A stretch of 64,000 bases of DNA from Ramazzottius varieornatus (GCA_001949185.1 BDGG01000005.1:620001-684000); one strand, 5' to 3'. Numbered from the stretch's first letter, positions 25,608 to 38,311 are shown. Numbers and translations: made by a program. The notes: a model not told the origin generated them from the letters alone.

Positions 25608-26043
25608 TAGAGCACTGGGCCGCAGGTCCAAAAGTACGCTGTGGCTGTGCTGCGCACATTACCAGGGTGTTGTACGCTGCGCTGTGCTGCACAACTTTTA
25701 TGCCCAGTGGCTAAGCAGCTGTGCTGCAGATACACGTTGACCTGGTGCAACTGCGTGGAACGCCGATATACTGACGTGGTTTGTAATTCAGTCACCGAAA
25801 TCGGTAGTCAACCTGGAGAACGTTGCCCTAAAGTACGGCAAAGCTGAGACTGCTGACGTTCGGATGCCTCAAAACTGTAATTCTTGTTAGGTTTCGGTAG
25901 GTGCATCTGCGCGGTAGTCTATGACTTTCTGCTGTATACTGTGCTGTGCCGCACAAATTTCGTCAGTTTACGCGATGCAGCTGTGCTGCAGCACAGCACA
26001 GCTGCAGTACGGTGCAGCGCATGCGGCCAGATTCCGTGCTCTA
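25608..26043 (+). mobile_element. hAT-type MITE, 436 bp, copy 1
   Basis: TIR TAGAGCAC...GTGCTCTA; perfect 8-bp TSD TTCTATGG (25600-25607 and 26044-26051); GCTGTGCTGC subterminal repeats. Confidence 0.92.
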
Positions 26044-26076
26044 TTCTATGGCATAATTCGTAACGTAGGCACGCCT

Positions 26077-29000
26077 TACTGTTGTTAATTTCAAACCCGA
26101 CATCGGATGGATCCGGATGAATCCGGGCAGAAGTTGGATTGGACAGGCATTCTATCCATCCAGCTGTTAACGGATAGAGATCCTATCCATCCGGATAGGA
26201 TCCGGATGAGCTCCCCATCCATCCGCCTTTCTATCCGGATAGAACCAAAACTACTAACCCGCAATAAAACAGTCCAATACACCAGCGGTTAATCCGATAG
26301 TAATTCGGAATCTCCCTACAAGCTTGTCTTTGGGGCGTAGTTTTGTTTACGCAATCTCTGTCTTGTCATTTCCGGTCGAATTTCGCAAGTCGATCTGCTG
26401 ACTAGAATGATCTCCCGGCAGCTTGACTGTTTATCCTTTCGTGATACGTGTCAGACGGGCTGTAGCCCGTGATCTGCAGCTAACGACTGACCATGATGAG
26501 CTTCCGAAAGCGTGGTTGGGAGCAATAAGACGAGGACGACAACGATGCTCCCTGTGATGAACTTCAAGAAGAAGCTGACGGATCGCTGGCTGAAATATTG
26601 TCTCCCACCATTCCTGGCAGCTCCACGGACAGTATAGCCGGAAGCGGACCGATGACCAGCTCCTCCGTCAGCTCCACTGAGGTGGTCAAGAAGAAGGGCA
26701 AAGCGCCGAAGTCAGGCATGAACCTTCACTTCACTAAAATGGTGGGAAGCGACGGATAGCAAAACGCAAAGTGTAACCACTGTGGGAAAATGTACAAGAA
26801 TATCCAAGGTACGTCTAACTTCCACACTCACATGAAACGTCGGCATCTGGACAAGCTGAAGCAAGGAAACAGGAACAAGCCTATCCCTGCAGCATGCCTA
26901 CCGGAAAGTAAGGATAATCCGAAGATGTCCTGGAAAGGAAGCGATCATCATACAGCAAATCTTACAGACTGGATAGTCTGTAACGCAAAGCCCATCAGTA
27001 CCGTGTCAAGTCCGAATCTATCAAGTTCTGTAATGGTCTGAATAACAATTATAAGGTGGCGAAATCTCTATGTTATGACGAATTATAGTTCGTATTTATC
27101 GTATTCAAATGGTGAACTTTCTCGTGTGCTTCCAGGTTTCATGTCGTCAAACCGCGAGGAAGCTGATTGTCGGTAGCTACAAGGAAAGGAAGCTACAGGT
27201 CATCAAAGAGCTGGCGTCGGTGGACGGCAGGTTTCCCCTCACCTTGGACATGTGGAAGGCAAGTGCGAGGAAGCAGTCCTACCTCGTAATCACGCTGCAC
27301 TGGATCAACAGCCGGTGGAAGATGCGGGATATCATTATCGACTTTATATACATTCCCAAGGAGCATTCGGGTGAACATATGAAGGACGTTACCATTGACG
27401 CCCTTCGAAAGTACAAGAGCGCGCATAAAGCATTCGGAGTGTCGACGGATGGGGCACTCAGCATGGTAAAGGTTTCTGAGCTGCTACAGAAAGAGATGGA
27501 AGTAGACAAGAGAAACCAGTCGAAGAACTTACCCGAAGGTGAAAAGTTTTCGATTCACGAATTATAATCCGTATTCATATATTTCGCTAACTACGTTGAC
27601 TCAAAAACCATGATAATTTGCAGTGCCTTGGTTTTGGAATTGTTGTGCGGCGCATACTGTGCACCTTGTGGCGAAAGTCGCGACCAAGAAGAAAGATGGA
27701 CAGAGTTCAAGATTCGAGCCTATGTGACGCACCTACGTCGCGCTACATCCCGCGAGTCTTTCCTTGAGTTCGTCAAAGAGAAAAATCTGAAGTTACCGCT
27801 GGACGTGTCCACGCGCTGAAATAGTCTGCTTCATATGGTCGTGGCGGCTTACGCTCGACCAGACCAGATTCGGGATTTCTTGTGGATAGGTGCGGCCTCC
27901 ATCAAAGACCAGATCCCCGCGGAGGACGCGTGTTTCGATATGGCGGATCTGGTTGAGCTGCTAAAACTTCTCGAAGTCATCTCGACGGTCGTTCCCGCTT
28001 ACAAGCCTGCGACGTTCCATTTAGGGTGGGGTGAACTGGAGTTTCTACGAACCCACCTTCACAACTTCGCAGAAGACGACTCAAAGGTGTCACTAGTTTT
28101 ACGCTTGGCATATTGGAAATATTATAGTCGTGCGTGTAATATTACGAGCCATTACTCGTGTTTTCGTGACGTTCACTTGGGTTTGTGAACGCTATGGATA
28201 TGTGACGTCACGAGAGATATGGAGACCAAGTTGGAAGAATCGATGAAGCAAGGGAGGCGGACTCCCATGCCCATGATACCGCGGCTGCTGCATCCAAGTA
28301 TCAAGGACGCCTACCTGGATACGCAAGAAAGTCGCGATGCGGCCCGCACGATTCTCAAGCACGTCCTGTAACTGCAGAAAGCAGCACCCGGGTATTATCA
28401 ATTGACGTACTATAGCGCACAAATCATACTTTGTCAGAGTAAAATCGACTTGTATCGTCAAAGACGACTGAAGATTCAGTTTGGCGTGTTGGTATTATTG
28501 CAGGCGCAATGGCGACGAAACTACCCTGCCAGCTCCTTCCGCTGTTAAAGCCCATCTGTCCATCCGAGAACAGATTGCAGCGAAAGCCACAGCTGAGCCT
28601 GTTACTCAAGTGAATGAGGTCGATGCGTACTTCTCGGTTCCCAAAGAGCCAACTGATAGAGACGTTTTTAGAGTTGTGGGATTTGTCAGAGAAACGTTAC
28701 TCCGTTCTGTGCCGTGTAGCAAAAGGTGTCTTGGCCGTTCAACCTTCTTCCGTGCTTTCGGAAGGTTCATCCTGTACCAGTGGTCGGTACATTACTGCTC
28801 TACGAAACCGATTTGAGCCGGGAGCCCTACAGGCTATGTTGTTTTTAGGGCCTTGAGATTTAATTTTTGAGTGCATGCAGACTATATTGACGGAGTATTA
28901 TCAAATTGGATCGTCTATGCTGTCACAGCATGTCAAAACGTAATTCGTTATGTCCTCTGTCCGTCGCTAAGCTAAGCTTCGAGTTTTTATCCGGATAAGA

Positions 29001-29135
29001 TCCGGATCATCCGGATAGAAGATCCATCCATCGGCAACCGATTCGGATAGGAGTTCTATCCATCCGACTGCTTTCCGAATCCATCCGGATCGGCATCTGA
29101 TCCCATCCGGTTGTTAACATCCGTTAACAACCCTA
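26077..29135 (+). mobile_element. Defective autonomous-type hAT transposon (BED finger + transposase + hATC dimerisation domain), with stops/frameshifts
   Basis: AKCNHCGKMYKNIQGTSNFHTHMKRRH (BED); LTLDMWKAS...SYLVITLHWIN; STDGA; LPLDVSTR*NS (Trp codon to TGA); AKGVLAVQPSSVLSE (hATC). Right TIR TTAACAACCCTA, degenerate left TIR TACTGTTGTTAA; ATCCGGAT-rich subterminal arrays at both ends. Confidence 0.88.
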
Positions 29136-29399
29136 ACTCCAGCGGTGGTCCGGTGGACGGATGATTTTTGCGAGAGCTCCGCCCAAAAGGCTGGCCTTCC
29201 AGCGAAGCCAAGTGTCACTATCAACAGGGTTATCAATTCCGTATTAATCAATACGGCAATATCTTTGAATGATCATTGATCGAATCCGAAATCATGACTC
29301 AACAAAAACTTGACAAATTTCGTAAATCAATTAAAAGAATCAGAAAAAATCAGGGAATCATCCTGGGTAAAGGATTGTGCTGTCTGGAGCTCAAGCTTC

Positions 29400-29600
29400 G
29401 TCTGATGAGTTGCGATTCAGAGTCCCTTGGGTATCTCAGCCTTCAGATCACTCAGTTTCAGGCAGCATACTAGTTCGCTTACTGTTGAAAGCATCACCGG
29501 TATGGCTTAAAAGTCGTTCAGAAGGGGTACTAGAAGCTGGCACAGCAAGTATGCGCTTAGCGTATAAGGACAAACAAGGAAGCTCCGTCTCGTTGTAATC
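29400..29600 (-). pseudogene. Fragment of a second hAT transposase (hATC dimerisation domain)
   Basis: NETELPCLSLYAKRILAVPASSTPSERLLSHTGDAFNSKRTSMLPE; truncated at the MITE starting 29634. Confidence 0.8.
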
Positions 29601-29633
29601 GTGTGATTGCGATGCAAACCTTTCTGTCTGAAT

Positions 29634-29799
29634 CAGAGCCCTACAGCTGTAGCAAAAACCCGTGCTGCATCTGCACTGCATCCGGTTTCCCGAAACTGCA
29701 ACCGCACTGCATCTGCATTTTTTCATCGTTTCGGCGACTGCACTGCAATGCAGTAAAATGCAGTGCAGTACAGAACGTACGGCATGTTGCAGGGCTCTA
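29634..29799. mobile_element. Small hAT-type MITE, ~166 bp
   Basis: Termini CAGAGCCCTACAGC / GTTGCAGGGCTCTA (12/14 inverted match); CTGCA-rich interior; no matching TSD. Confidence 0.65.
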
Positions 29800-29801
29800 A
29801 T

Positions 29802-30237
29802 TAGAGCACGAAATCTGGCCGCATGCGCTGCACCGTACTGCAGCTGTGCTGTGCTGCAGCACAGCTGCATCGCGTAAACTGACGAAATTTGTGCGGCACA
29901 GCACAGTATACAGCAGAAAGTCATAGACTACCGCGCAGATGCACCTACCGAAACCTAACAAGAATTACAGTTTTGAGGCATCCGAACGTCAGCAGTCTCA
30001 GCTTTGCCGTACTTTAGGGCAACGTTCTCCAGGTTGACTACCGATTTCGGTGACTGAATTACAAACCACGTCAGTATATCGGCTTTCCACGCAGTTGCAC
30101 CAGGTCAACGTGTATCTGCAGCACAGCTGCTTAGCCACTGGGCATAAAAGTTGTGCAGCACAGCGCAGCGTACAACACCCTGGTAATGTGCGCAGCACAG
30201 CCACAGCGTACTTTTGGACCTGCGGCCCAGTGCTCTA
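29802..30237 (-). mobile_element. hAT-type MITE, 436 bp, copy 2 (inverted relative to copy 1)
   Basis: Reverse complement of 25608-26043 with only two differences that I could spot; no matching TSD. Confidence 0.92.
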
Positions 30238-30721
30238 TCGCCTATGACCTACCCAGATGTGGCCTACGACCTGCCCCGAAAAGGCAGAACTGGCAAGTTG
30301 GTCATGGGTGCGGAAATTTTATCTTTACTAGTCAAGAAACCCAGTTCTCGAAAAACATTCAAAGCGGTTTTTCAAGACTGGAATAGTATTGATCGATTGA
30401 TTGCCGTCTCCAAGTTGGGCTGTAATTGATTTTGGAGAGTCGTTCTTTGTTTACGGTATTTCATTGGGTAGATCACCCTTCCATCGCTGTTCTACTCAGC
30501 CGGGCTCGCTGCCGCTGGGCCAAAATAATGTGCCTAACTTTCTGCGACCGGAAGTGGATGTAAGTTAATCGAATCTCCATGCCCGGTCTCTGTTCTTCGA
30601 GGTACCAACGTCTCAGTAGTTGCTCAGCCATTCTGTGTCAATCGGTACGGACTGGAGAACGTGTAGGTGTGCTTGCTATCGAGCTTTGCCGTTTGTTTGT
30701 CGTTCCATAAAAAAAATCCCG

Positions 30722-33700
30722 ATGGATTCCGGAAGGAATTCCGCTCGCGCATGTAAGTGTATCTCACCGAGGTGTCTCTCTTGTGCAGCAGCAGTACTGC
30801 CAGTACAGGCACTTAACTTGGATTTGGGGAATCTGTAGACAATGGTCAAGATCATCATCGGCAACGAGACAACAACAGAGGACTACGGAATGCCCCAGGT
30901 AGACTGATTTTCTGCTTGCGCTATTTTAAAATAGCTGTTATTGAGGTTATAACGTCCCGTTCGGCGTTCGATAGCCTGGATGAGGTTTTGTATAATGCTT
31001 GGTTTAGCAGAAGAGATGCATCGATCCCGACCGTCGTTGTCGTCTTCTGGAGCTGCAGTACCTTTTACCAGCCGACCGGATGCTGAAAGGGTATCCCGTT
31101 TTCGAGGCGACGTCAAGTCAATCCACTTTGCTCCTTCGAACAGCAATGCTCCTCATCCATATCGGTTCCTCCCAGCTCATGAGTTCTATGAGCGGAAAGA
31201 CTCCAGTGTATTTGCTACTGCGAAGCTCATAACTTTACACGACGTTTTCCGCAAAAGAGTCATCGATGTCGTTTCTGCTTCCGCCGAAGGTTCGTTTCTC
31301 GTCCTGTTTGTCACATCGGTGGAATGTCAAACTGGTTTGATTGATCGTGGGTGTGTTCGATAGAAAGCGATGATGACAACGACTCTGATGAAGAAGACGA
31401 CGAGACGGGACACAGAAAGGGACAGAACTCACCATCGCGCAAGGAGCGTGACATGTCTTCAGCTTTGGACAATGATATCATGTTCAACGAGCGGAACCAG
31501 GTTCGTTCGGAAGATACGTTCTTGTTCTTCTCGAAACTTTCTGATAACGTTGGAAGTATTACGGAGTGTGTACTTATAGATGAATGATGGCAAGGCTTGT
31601 CGATGCAACAAAGTGCTGAGAGCTTATGGCACAAAGCATGGTCACTTGGTAGGAGACGACCAGCAGAAGTTCACCTGCAACCGACAATCGAACAATAAGG
31701 AGCGACTGTTCTGCTACGTTATGCATCTCGAGCCGTTGACCAATTTTGGTGCAGCTGTGCCGACCAAGATCAGCTACGAAGGACTTTCGTTCTCATTTCA
31801 CGGCTTCTGCCTCTTGTCCCATCAAAAACTCAGCAAGGTTTGGTTGGATATTCAACAGAATACTTCGGTCAAAGGTTTATAGTATAGTTAGACTGTTTTC
31901 GAATTGTAAATCTTGTCGTTACAGTATCCATCGGCACAAGCTACTCGCTTCAATGAATCGTACACGATGACGCTGGAGGAAGTGCCGCTGCCCACCAACT
32001 TCGTCATTGAAGACCTCATCCTCTTCCGAAAGTACTTCTTTTCCAACATCCTCGAGCTGAAGGACTGGCGAGTGAAAGCTGAAAGCCTGAAGAAAGACGC
32101 TTCCATCTGCGATGTATTCCATTTCTTCCCGCTGTTCGCTCGTTCGATAGACGGTCATCTCGACATAGCTCCCATGAGTGCAGTGTTACAGCACTTCCTA
32201 ATGGAATTCAAGCTTCTCTTCTCCGATGAAGACGTCGAGTTGCTAAACTGTCTAGAGAACGCCCGGTTCGAAGAGCAAGTGAAGAAGCTACGCGGTTACA
32301 TTGCTGTCTTTCCGGGTAAGCATCCTGGTGCCTTACGATTAGACCAGATTGACAAGGACTCGCGAGACGTCAAGAGTAAGGATCCCCGTGATCGGGAGTT
32401 TCCTGCTCTGGTGCACTTCGCTACCCGTTCTTTGAATAACACCGACCAGAACCTACAACGCGCACAGAAGAATTTGGACAAGTGGCAGAATGTCATGGAC
32501 TTAAAGCCCAAAGGAACTGTTTCTGCTGAAGATAAAATGAAGCTGAGGAAGTTGGAAGACACTGTGCAAGAGCTGCAGGTTAAAGGGAACGTTCGACGGG
32601 ATGTTACAGTTGTACTGACTTCTCGTGGCGTGTACAACAGCGGGATGCGGAGCGACATTGCACAGGTATGTTACGTAGTTAACCAAGCCTGGTGACAAGG
32701 AAGTTGACAGGAAGCGTTCTCAATGTTTTGTTCGTAAAGAAATGACCGACAAACAGAATGTAAGCCGCGTTGCAGTCACCTGCATACCGATGATCCCTTC
32801 AGATGTGTTACCATGTGTATGCAGGTGTGAAGACGTTTGCTTTGCATCCACCTGCATACTGCTGATCGCACTATATGTGAGGCTGCTTCTATGCAGGTGT
32901 GTGGAACATTACCGGTTTGTTTTATCGGACTCTTGTCATTGTTGTAATGAAGTGTTTTGTTAATTGCAGTGGGGTCTTTTGGTTCCGTGGGTGGCGTTTC
33001 ACTTCCGATTCCACATTTCCCTCGACATTCTCGAGAAGAAACTGGAATACAGCTTCAACGATCGCAGTCTCCTCGAACTGGCCTTAACACATCCCTCCTA
33101 TCGCACCAACTTCGGTGTGAACCCCGACCACGTCCGTAACTCTCAAGCCAACCTTGGGTGGAGAAAGGCTTCCTACAGGCAGTCCAACGTCATCCCAAAG
33201 TCCGGCATGAAGACGCTGATCTACACGATGGCACAGCTGGGTGCCGACGAAGAGATGGCTTCCACCATCATGAACTACGAACGGCTAGAGTTCCTCGGTG
33301 ACGCCGTACTGGAATTTCTCACGTCGCTGCGGTTGTTCTTAATGTTTCCTGACTTCCAGGAAGGGTCTCTAGCAACTTTTCGAGCTACGCTGGTGCAGAA
33401 TAACCATTTGGCGGTGTTGGCAGAGACGTACAGCCTGAGTCACTTCCTCCTGATTGGCCACGGAAGGGAGCTGAAAGCGCGGAAGCGGATAACGGATAAA
33501 CAGGCGGCGGCAAACTGCTTTGAAGCCATTTGTGGAGCGATCTACTTGGATGGGGGTATTAAGTATGTGGATGAATTGATTTGCAGGGTCTTTTCGGCCA
33601 GGTTGTTCCAGGGGGATGAACACTTGTCCAACATATGGAAGTACCCTCCCGCCCACGTCAGCACAGTAAGTACCGCACTGTAACCGATTCTTCTTTCGTC

Positions 33701-35141
33701 CACCGCAATGCTTACTGACAAGAGGGTTATTATTGCAGAGAATGTATCCTGATGGAGATCGGCATTTGATCGAGAAGCACGATTTGCTTCAGCGGGTCGT
33801 CGGTTTTGAACAGATTACCGGCATCCAGTTCAGGCATATCCGCCTTCTAGCTAATGCTTTTTCTTCCCGCCAGGTCCACGAAAATCCTATTACCATGTAA
33901 GACACTTGGGTCCTTTGTATTACGCTTCATTATGCGTGTGTAAGAAAAGTAATTGCTGAAAAATAGGGTCTATGGTGAGAAAAACTCACCTGCGGTTGGA
34001 GAAATTTAATTAGCACATTTTAAACTTAAGTTTGATTCGTTCTTTTCAAGTTTGATAACTAGGCTTGGGACTTTCGAATCTGTTGGTCCTGATGGGAAGT
34101 TTTTCTGTTCAACTTTAGCGGTAACAACCAACGGCTAGAGTTCTTTGGTGATACGGTTCTGCAGCTTATCGTCTCGGACTACCTCTTCAAGCATTTCCCT
34201 ACACACCATGAAGGCCACTTGTCACTGCTTCGGAGCTCGTTGGTAAATAACGAGACCCAAGCATTGGTGTGTGGACAATTGGGCATGATGAACTACTACA
34301 TCCACGAGAAGACGCTCAACATCAAGGACGGCGACATACCGCTAGTCAAGCAGAAGGACAAAGCCGACTTGGTTGAAGGTTCGTCAATGCATGCGTGAAA
34401 TGTCGCAACATTATAGAAAACTTCCTCGTTCCATTTCGCAGCTTATCTGGGAGCATTATACTTGGACAAAGGCCTGACCATCTGTGAAGGCTTTTGCCGA
34501 GTTTTCTTTTTCCCGAAGCTGACAGACTTCATCGGTAATCAGACGTGGAGCGACCCGAAGTCACGGCTACAACAGTCCTGCCTGACGTTGAAGTCTGCCG
34601 ATGGGATATCACCGGGTTTGCCAGAGTACAGGTGAGCGAAAAGAGTTCAGCGCGAAATACACAGATGAAGTTGACGAAAAGTGGCGATTTCCTCTCCAGA
34701 GTGATCGATAAGACCGGACCAAGTAACAACCGCATCTACGAAGTAGCAGTCTACTTCAATGGCGAAAGACTGGCTACAGGAGCGGGACCGAACACCAAAC
34801 AAGCGGAGAAGGTGGCCGCGGAAGCCGCACTGAAGAACCCAATGTTCCTGTCGGAGTACGAGCGGCAGCAGAGCTTTGCTCGGCGAGCCGTCACCGCGCA
34901 GAAATACGCCCGAAGAGATACGAGTAACGTGCCTTCGGATCACGCATCCCAGAGGATTGCAGCGCCTTCGGGTTCCGAAGCTTCCACTTCCTCGTTCCAG
35001 CTACCGCGGAACGGGCAACCCCCAGCAGCGAACCAGCTACCGAGGCCTCATCCACCTCCACGACGGCAAAGCAGATGGTCTGGTGCAGGCAGCAGTTCGC
35101 TTACTAAGCTTAATGATAACAATAAACGTCCACATTGGTAA
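30722..35141 (+). CDS. drosha: Ribonuclease III Drosha
   Basis: Central domain MNDGKACRC...NNKERLFCY...PLTNF; LALTHPSYRTNFG; RIIIDa NYERLEFLGDAVLEFL...ANCFEA; RIIIDb NNQRLEFFGDTVLQLIVSDYLFKHFPTHHEGHLSLLRSSLVNN...KADLVE; dsRBD DPKSRLQQ...YEVAVYFNGERLATG. Start exon inferred from phase-compatible splices. Confidence 0.95.
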
Positions 35142-35567
35142 AGGTATACTACTTTATTGATTCGAGAAGTTTTGTGCGGAATTTCGGCTGTGAAGTTTCT
35201 CGTAGATAAAATCCTGTAGCATGTCGTTGCGGAGCTGTTTTTCATCATGCTTGGTAACAAGTTTGCCGCATTCAATACCAATGGCTTGTGAAAAATGAAA
35301 TGGGGAGTGGGCAAATGATTTGAACCAAATCGTTTCCCCAAGTGCCGCACATTTTCAGAGGTACCAATTGAAAAGTGCGCCACTCGAGATAAAGGTCTGG
35401 TTAAATTCATTTGCCCACGACCCGAACCAACCTGGCTATCTTGCGACTCGTTTTTCCAACATGTTTGAAGGCTTTTCTCTCAGCCCCCGCCATCCAGACT
35501 ACTTCAAGGATGCACTGATGTCGAAAAAAAAACATTTGTCAAAGCTTACATTGGAACCCAGAGCTGG

Positions 35568-37126
35568 TTAGGTCGTCGAGTTTTCTCCCATTTGTAATTT
35601 TGCACCAAGCGACCCCACTAATTCATCATCGATATTATCCGCTTTTCGGTAGTACTCTTTAGCGGTATCGCGATCCTCCATCACTACTTTGCCGTTTTCA
35701 TACAGGTAGCCAAGGACAAAGAACGTGGAAGCGAAGGCCTTCATCACGAGCTCCTTGTCCTGATTATGGGTTCCCGGCTTCGCGATGGCACTGACGGCTT
35801 TGTCAACATCGCCTTCATGCTCTTTCAGGATCATCTGCAGCTTTCCAACCCACAGGTAGGCAGACTCATCGAGCTTCTTTTCCGTGTAAAAGACGCAGAG
35901 GTTGCCCATCGCGAAAAAGTTGTTCCTTTCAGCCGCACACAATAGGTTCTCGTGAGCCGCATCGTCGTCCCGTGAGCAACCCATGGCGTTCCAGTAGAGC
36001 CATCCAAGCTGCGCGACGGACTCGATGGACCCATTCCGCGCAGCTTCCGAGTGCCACTGGAAGGATAGTTCCCAGTCAGGACCAAGCTCGTTGTCTTGGC
36101 TGTAGTAGATCCCCAACGCTGTCTGACAAAGAATTCCCGCATCCGTCATCAGCTGATTATCTGTAGAAACGAGCATCACTGTAGATTACTAAAGAGCCAC
36201 GAACCACACGGAAGGGTTGTACTCGGTTCATAAAATATGGAAGCTTGGCAAACAAAACGTATGGTCCAAGATCGCCATCTCAAGTGGCGTACGTTTTCCT
36301 TGTTAATGGCTGGATGTGTGCGCCATTCAAGTTAACGATCATGTACGTTCTGTTTGAGCCGTTTTCCTTTATCACTCACCGACATTTTTTGTAAGGTCGA
36401 ACAGGATCTCCACAGCAGCTTTAGCCCACCATCGTGCCGCTTCACCTCCATCATGTCTGACACCGACCGCTGAGTTATATGCAGTTCCGATTTGGTAGCA
36501 GGCGAGATGGCGGAACTCAACATCCAAAAGGCTCTTCTTCGAGAGATCGTACACCTTCTTCATGAGCATCAGTCCTTCCGTTGGATTAGTGGGTACTCCC
36601 AAGCCGTCATACAACATGATGGCCTTGTAATAGGTTCCTGGAATACTGTCATTCGAGGCGAGGTTCTCAAATAGCAGAAAGGCTGCCGCGTAGTTTCCTG
36701 TGAGAAAAGAGAGACATTTGAATTCTTCTGTTATAAACATGTTTGTGTGTAGATCGTTAGTTCATTCTAACCATCATCATACAATTCCAATGCATGCTGA
36801 AATTTCACGATTTCAGAGTCTGGGTTCCGTGCTGGCTGACTTCCTGATTGTCGGACTGGTAGATCCTTCCGACCCGTCATCGGATCATCTTCCGGTTGCT
36901 GAAGCTTCTCTGCCGGTGTATGGAGCAAGTCCTTCGAGGTGATTTTCTTGTACACTGCAGAGCGCCCTTTGAGATTCTGGATAACTTCGTCTTGGGAGAC
37001 ACGTGGTGGTCCAATCGGAGCTCGCCGTCCGCCAGCAATGCTCTTGCGGCCATCGTCCGACTTCGAGCTCCTCTGGCCGGGTCTTTGCACAGCGGAGGTA
37101 GGTTTGGCTCGCGCGTAGGTAGACAT
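35568..37126 (-). CDS. LRP2BP: LRP2-binding protein homolog (Sel1-like repeats)
   Basis: IMLYDGLGVPTN; YQIGTAYNSAVGV; FQWHSEAARNGSIESVAQLGWLY; AAERNNFFAMGNL. Confidence 0.8.
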
Positions 37127-37817
37127 TTTTTGACAGCTTTTTTCAGATTTGATAGGTTTTGGAAAACACAGTGAGCGAAAACTCAATCAAAATTGTATGT
37201 ATAACGTTACTTTCTACAATTTTGACCAGTTTTACATATTCGCAATGCGTCAAGTTGCAAAGTTCCTTAGGGACAAGCTGAAGCTGACACAAAGACCTGC
37301 ATAACCACGTCGCTGCAACGGAATGTCGGCGTATGGCTATCCAGCTATGGAGTTTGCTTCCTCACAAACATGGATTTCCTTGGAGGGACAAAAGTTTCGG
37401 GTGATAAGTTACAGTAAGAAATTAATGACACGTATTGAACAAAGTTCGTCGTCGGTCGTGATTTGACGTGATTAATGTGAGAGACATTCTGAAACAAGAC
37501 TAACTTAATGTTCCCTCACAAAGGCTTGCCGCTGACATCGCTGGAAATACGATACGCTTTTGGTGGAAGAACCGAGACTAGGCGCAGTCGGGACAGTTCT
37601 TTGTGTCTGGTACAATTTGTCACTACGAGCTGAACAGAGAATATCACAGTCAATCACTTACTACCCTCTTCTTTGACCGAGCTTTTTTCTGTTTCTTCTC
37701 AAGACAGGAATAAACATTCATCTTCCTGCTGATCTTTTCACTGTTGGGCTCTCACGACGACAATCTGTGGACAAGCTCGTTTAGGTTCGACGTCGAAGCT
37801 CTGTGGGTTCTGGGAAT

Positions 37818-38311
37818 ATGCCTGGACCGAACTCCCGAAAGAACTACTGCGCTGTGCGGGAAGGATACAATCCAGAAGTCTACACCAACTGGTGAGTACA
37901 GCGGACGTACCGTTGTTTCTGACCGGCGCCCAGCCTTGTCCGTACTTGTTTTCTGACGACTTCCTTCCTTTATACAGGCCCGAAGCTCAGCAGCAGGTGA
38001 ATGGGTAGTCCAGGAACGTCTTCAAAAGCTTCGATACCTACGAAGAGGCTCGGAACTTAGCTCACGAACAGCCCACTGGCGGCCATGGCTTTTCGCGCGA
38101 CCACTATGCTCTCCGAGGAGGAAATGTGTCGGGAGTTACGCATGACCATGGCGAAGCTGCCAGACAGACTTACGGCGTTCCAGGAGCCTCGATGAAGAAC
38201 TTCCCCAATAATCCGGATGCAGCGTGGCAGTACGCGCAAGGTGGAAGCCACAGCCACAGCCAGCATGTATCGAGCCAGAACGGGTATTGTGGACATGATT
38301 GTTATTATTGA
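37818..38311 (+). pseudogene. Tandem RNase H1 N-terminal hybrid-binding domain (Cauli_VI/viroplasmin) protein without nuclease domain, copy 1; one in-frame TAG
   Basis: NYCAVREGYNPEVYTNW/PEAQQQVNG*SRNVFKSFDTYEEARN, then a second repeat HYALRGGNVSGVTHDHGEAARQTYGVPGASMKNFPNNPDAAWQY and tail ...GYCGHDCYY*; one GT-AG intron; TAG at 38006-38008. Confidence 0.72.

Noticed and set aside
25349-25847. Cys-rich ORFs duplicated at 29998-30247
   Set aside because: They are chance frames within the two non-coding MITE copies.
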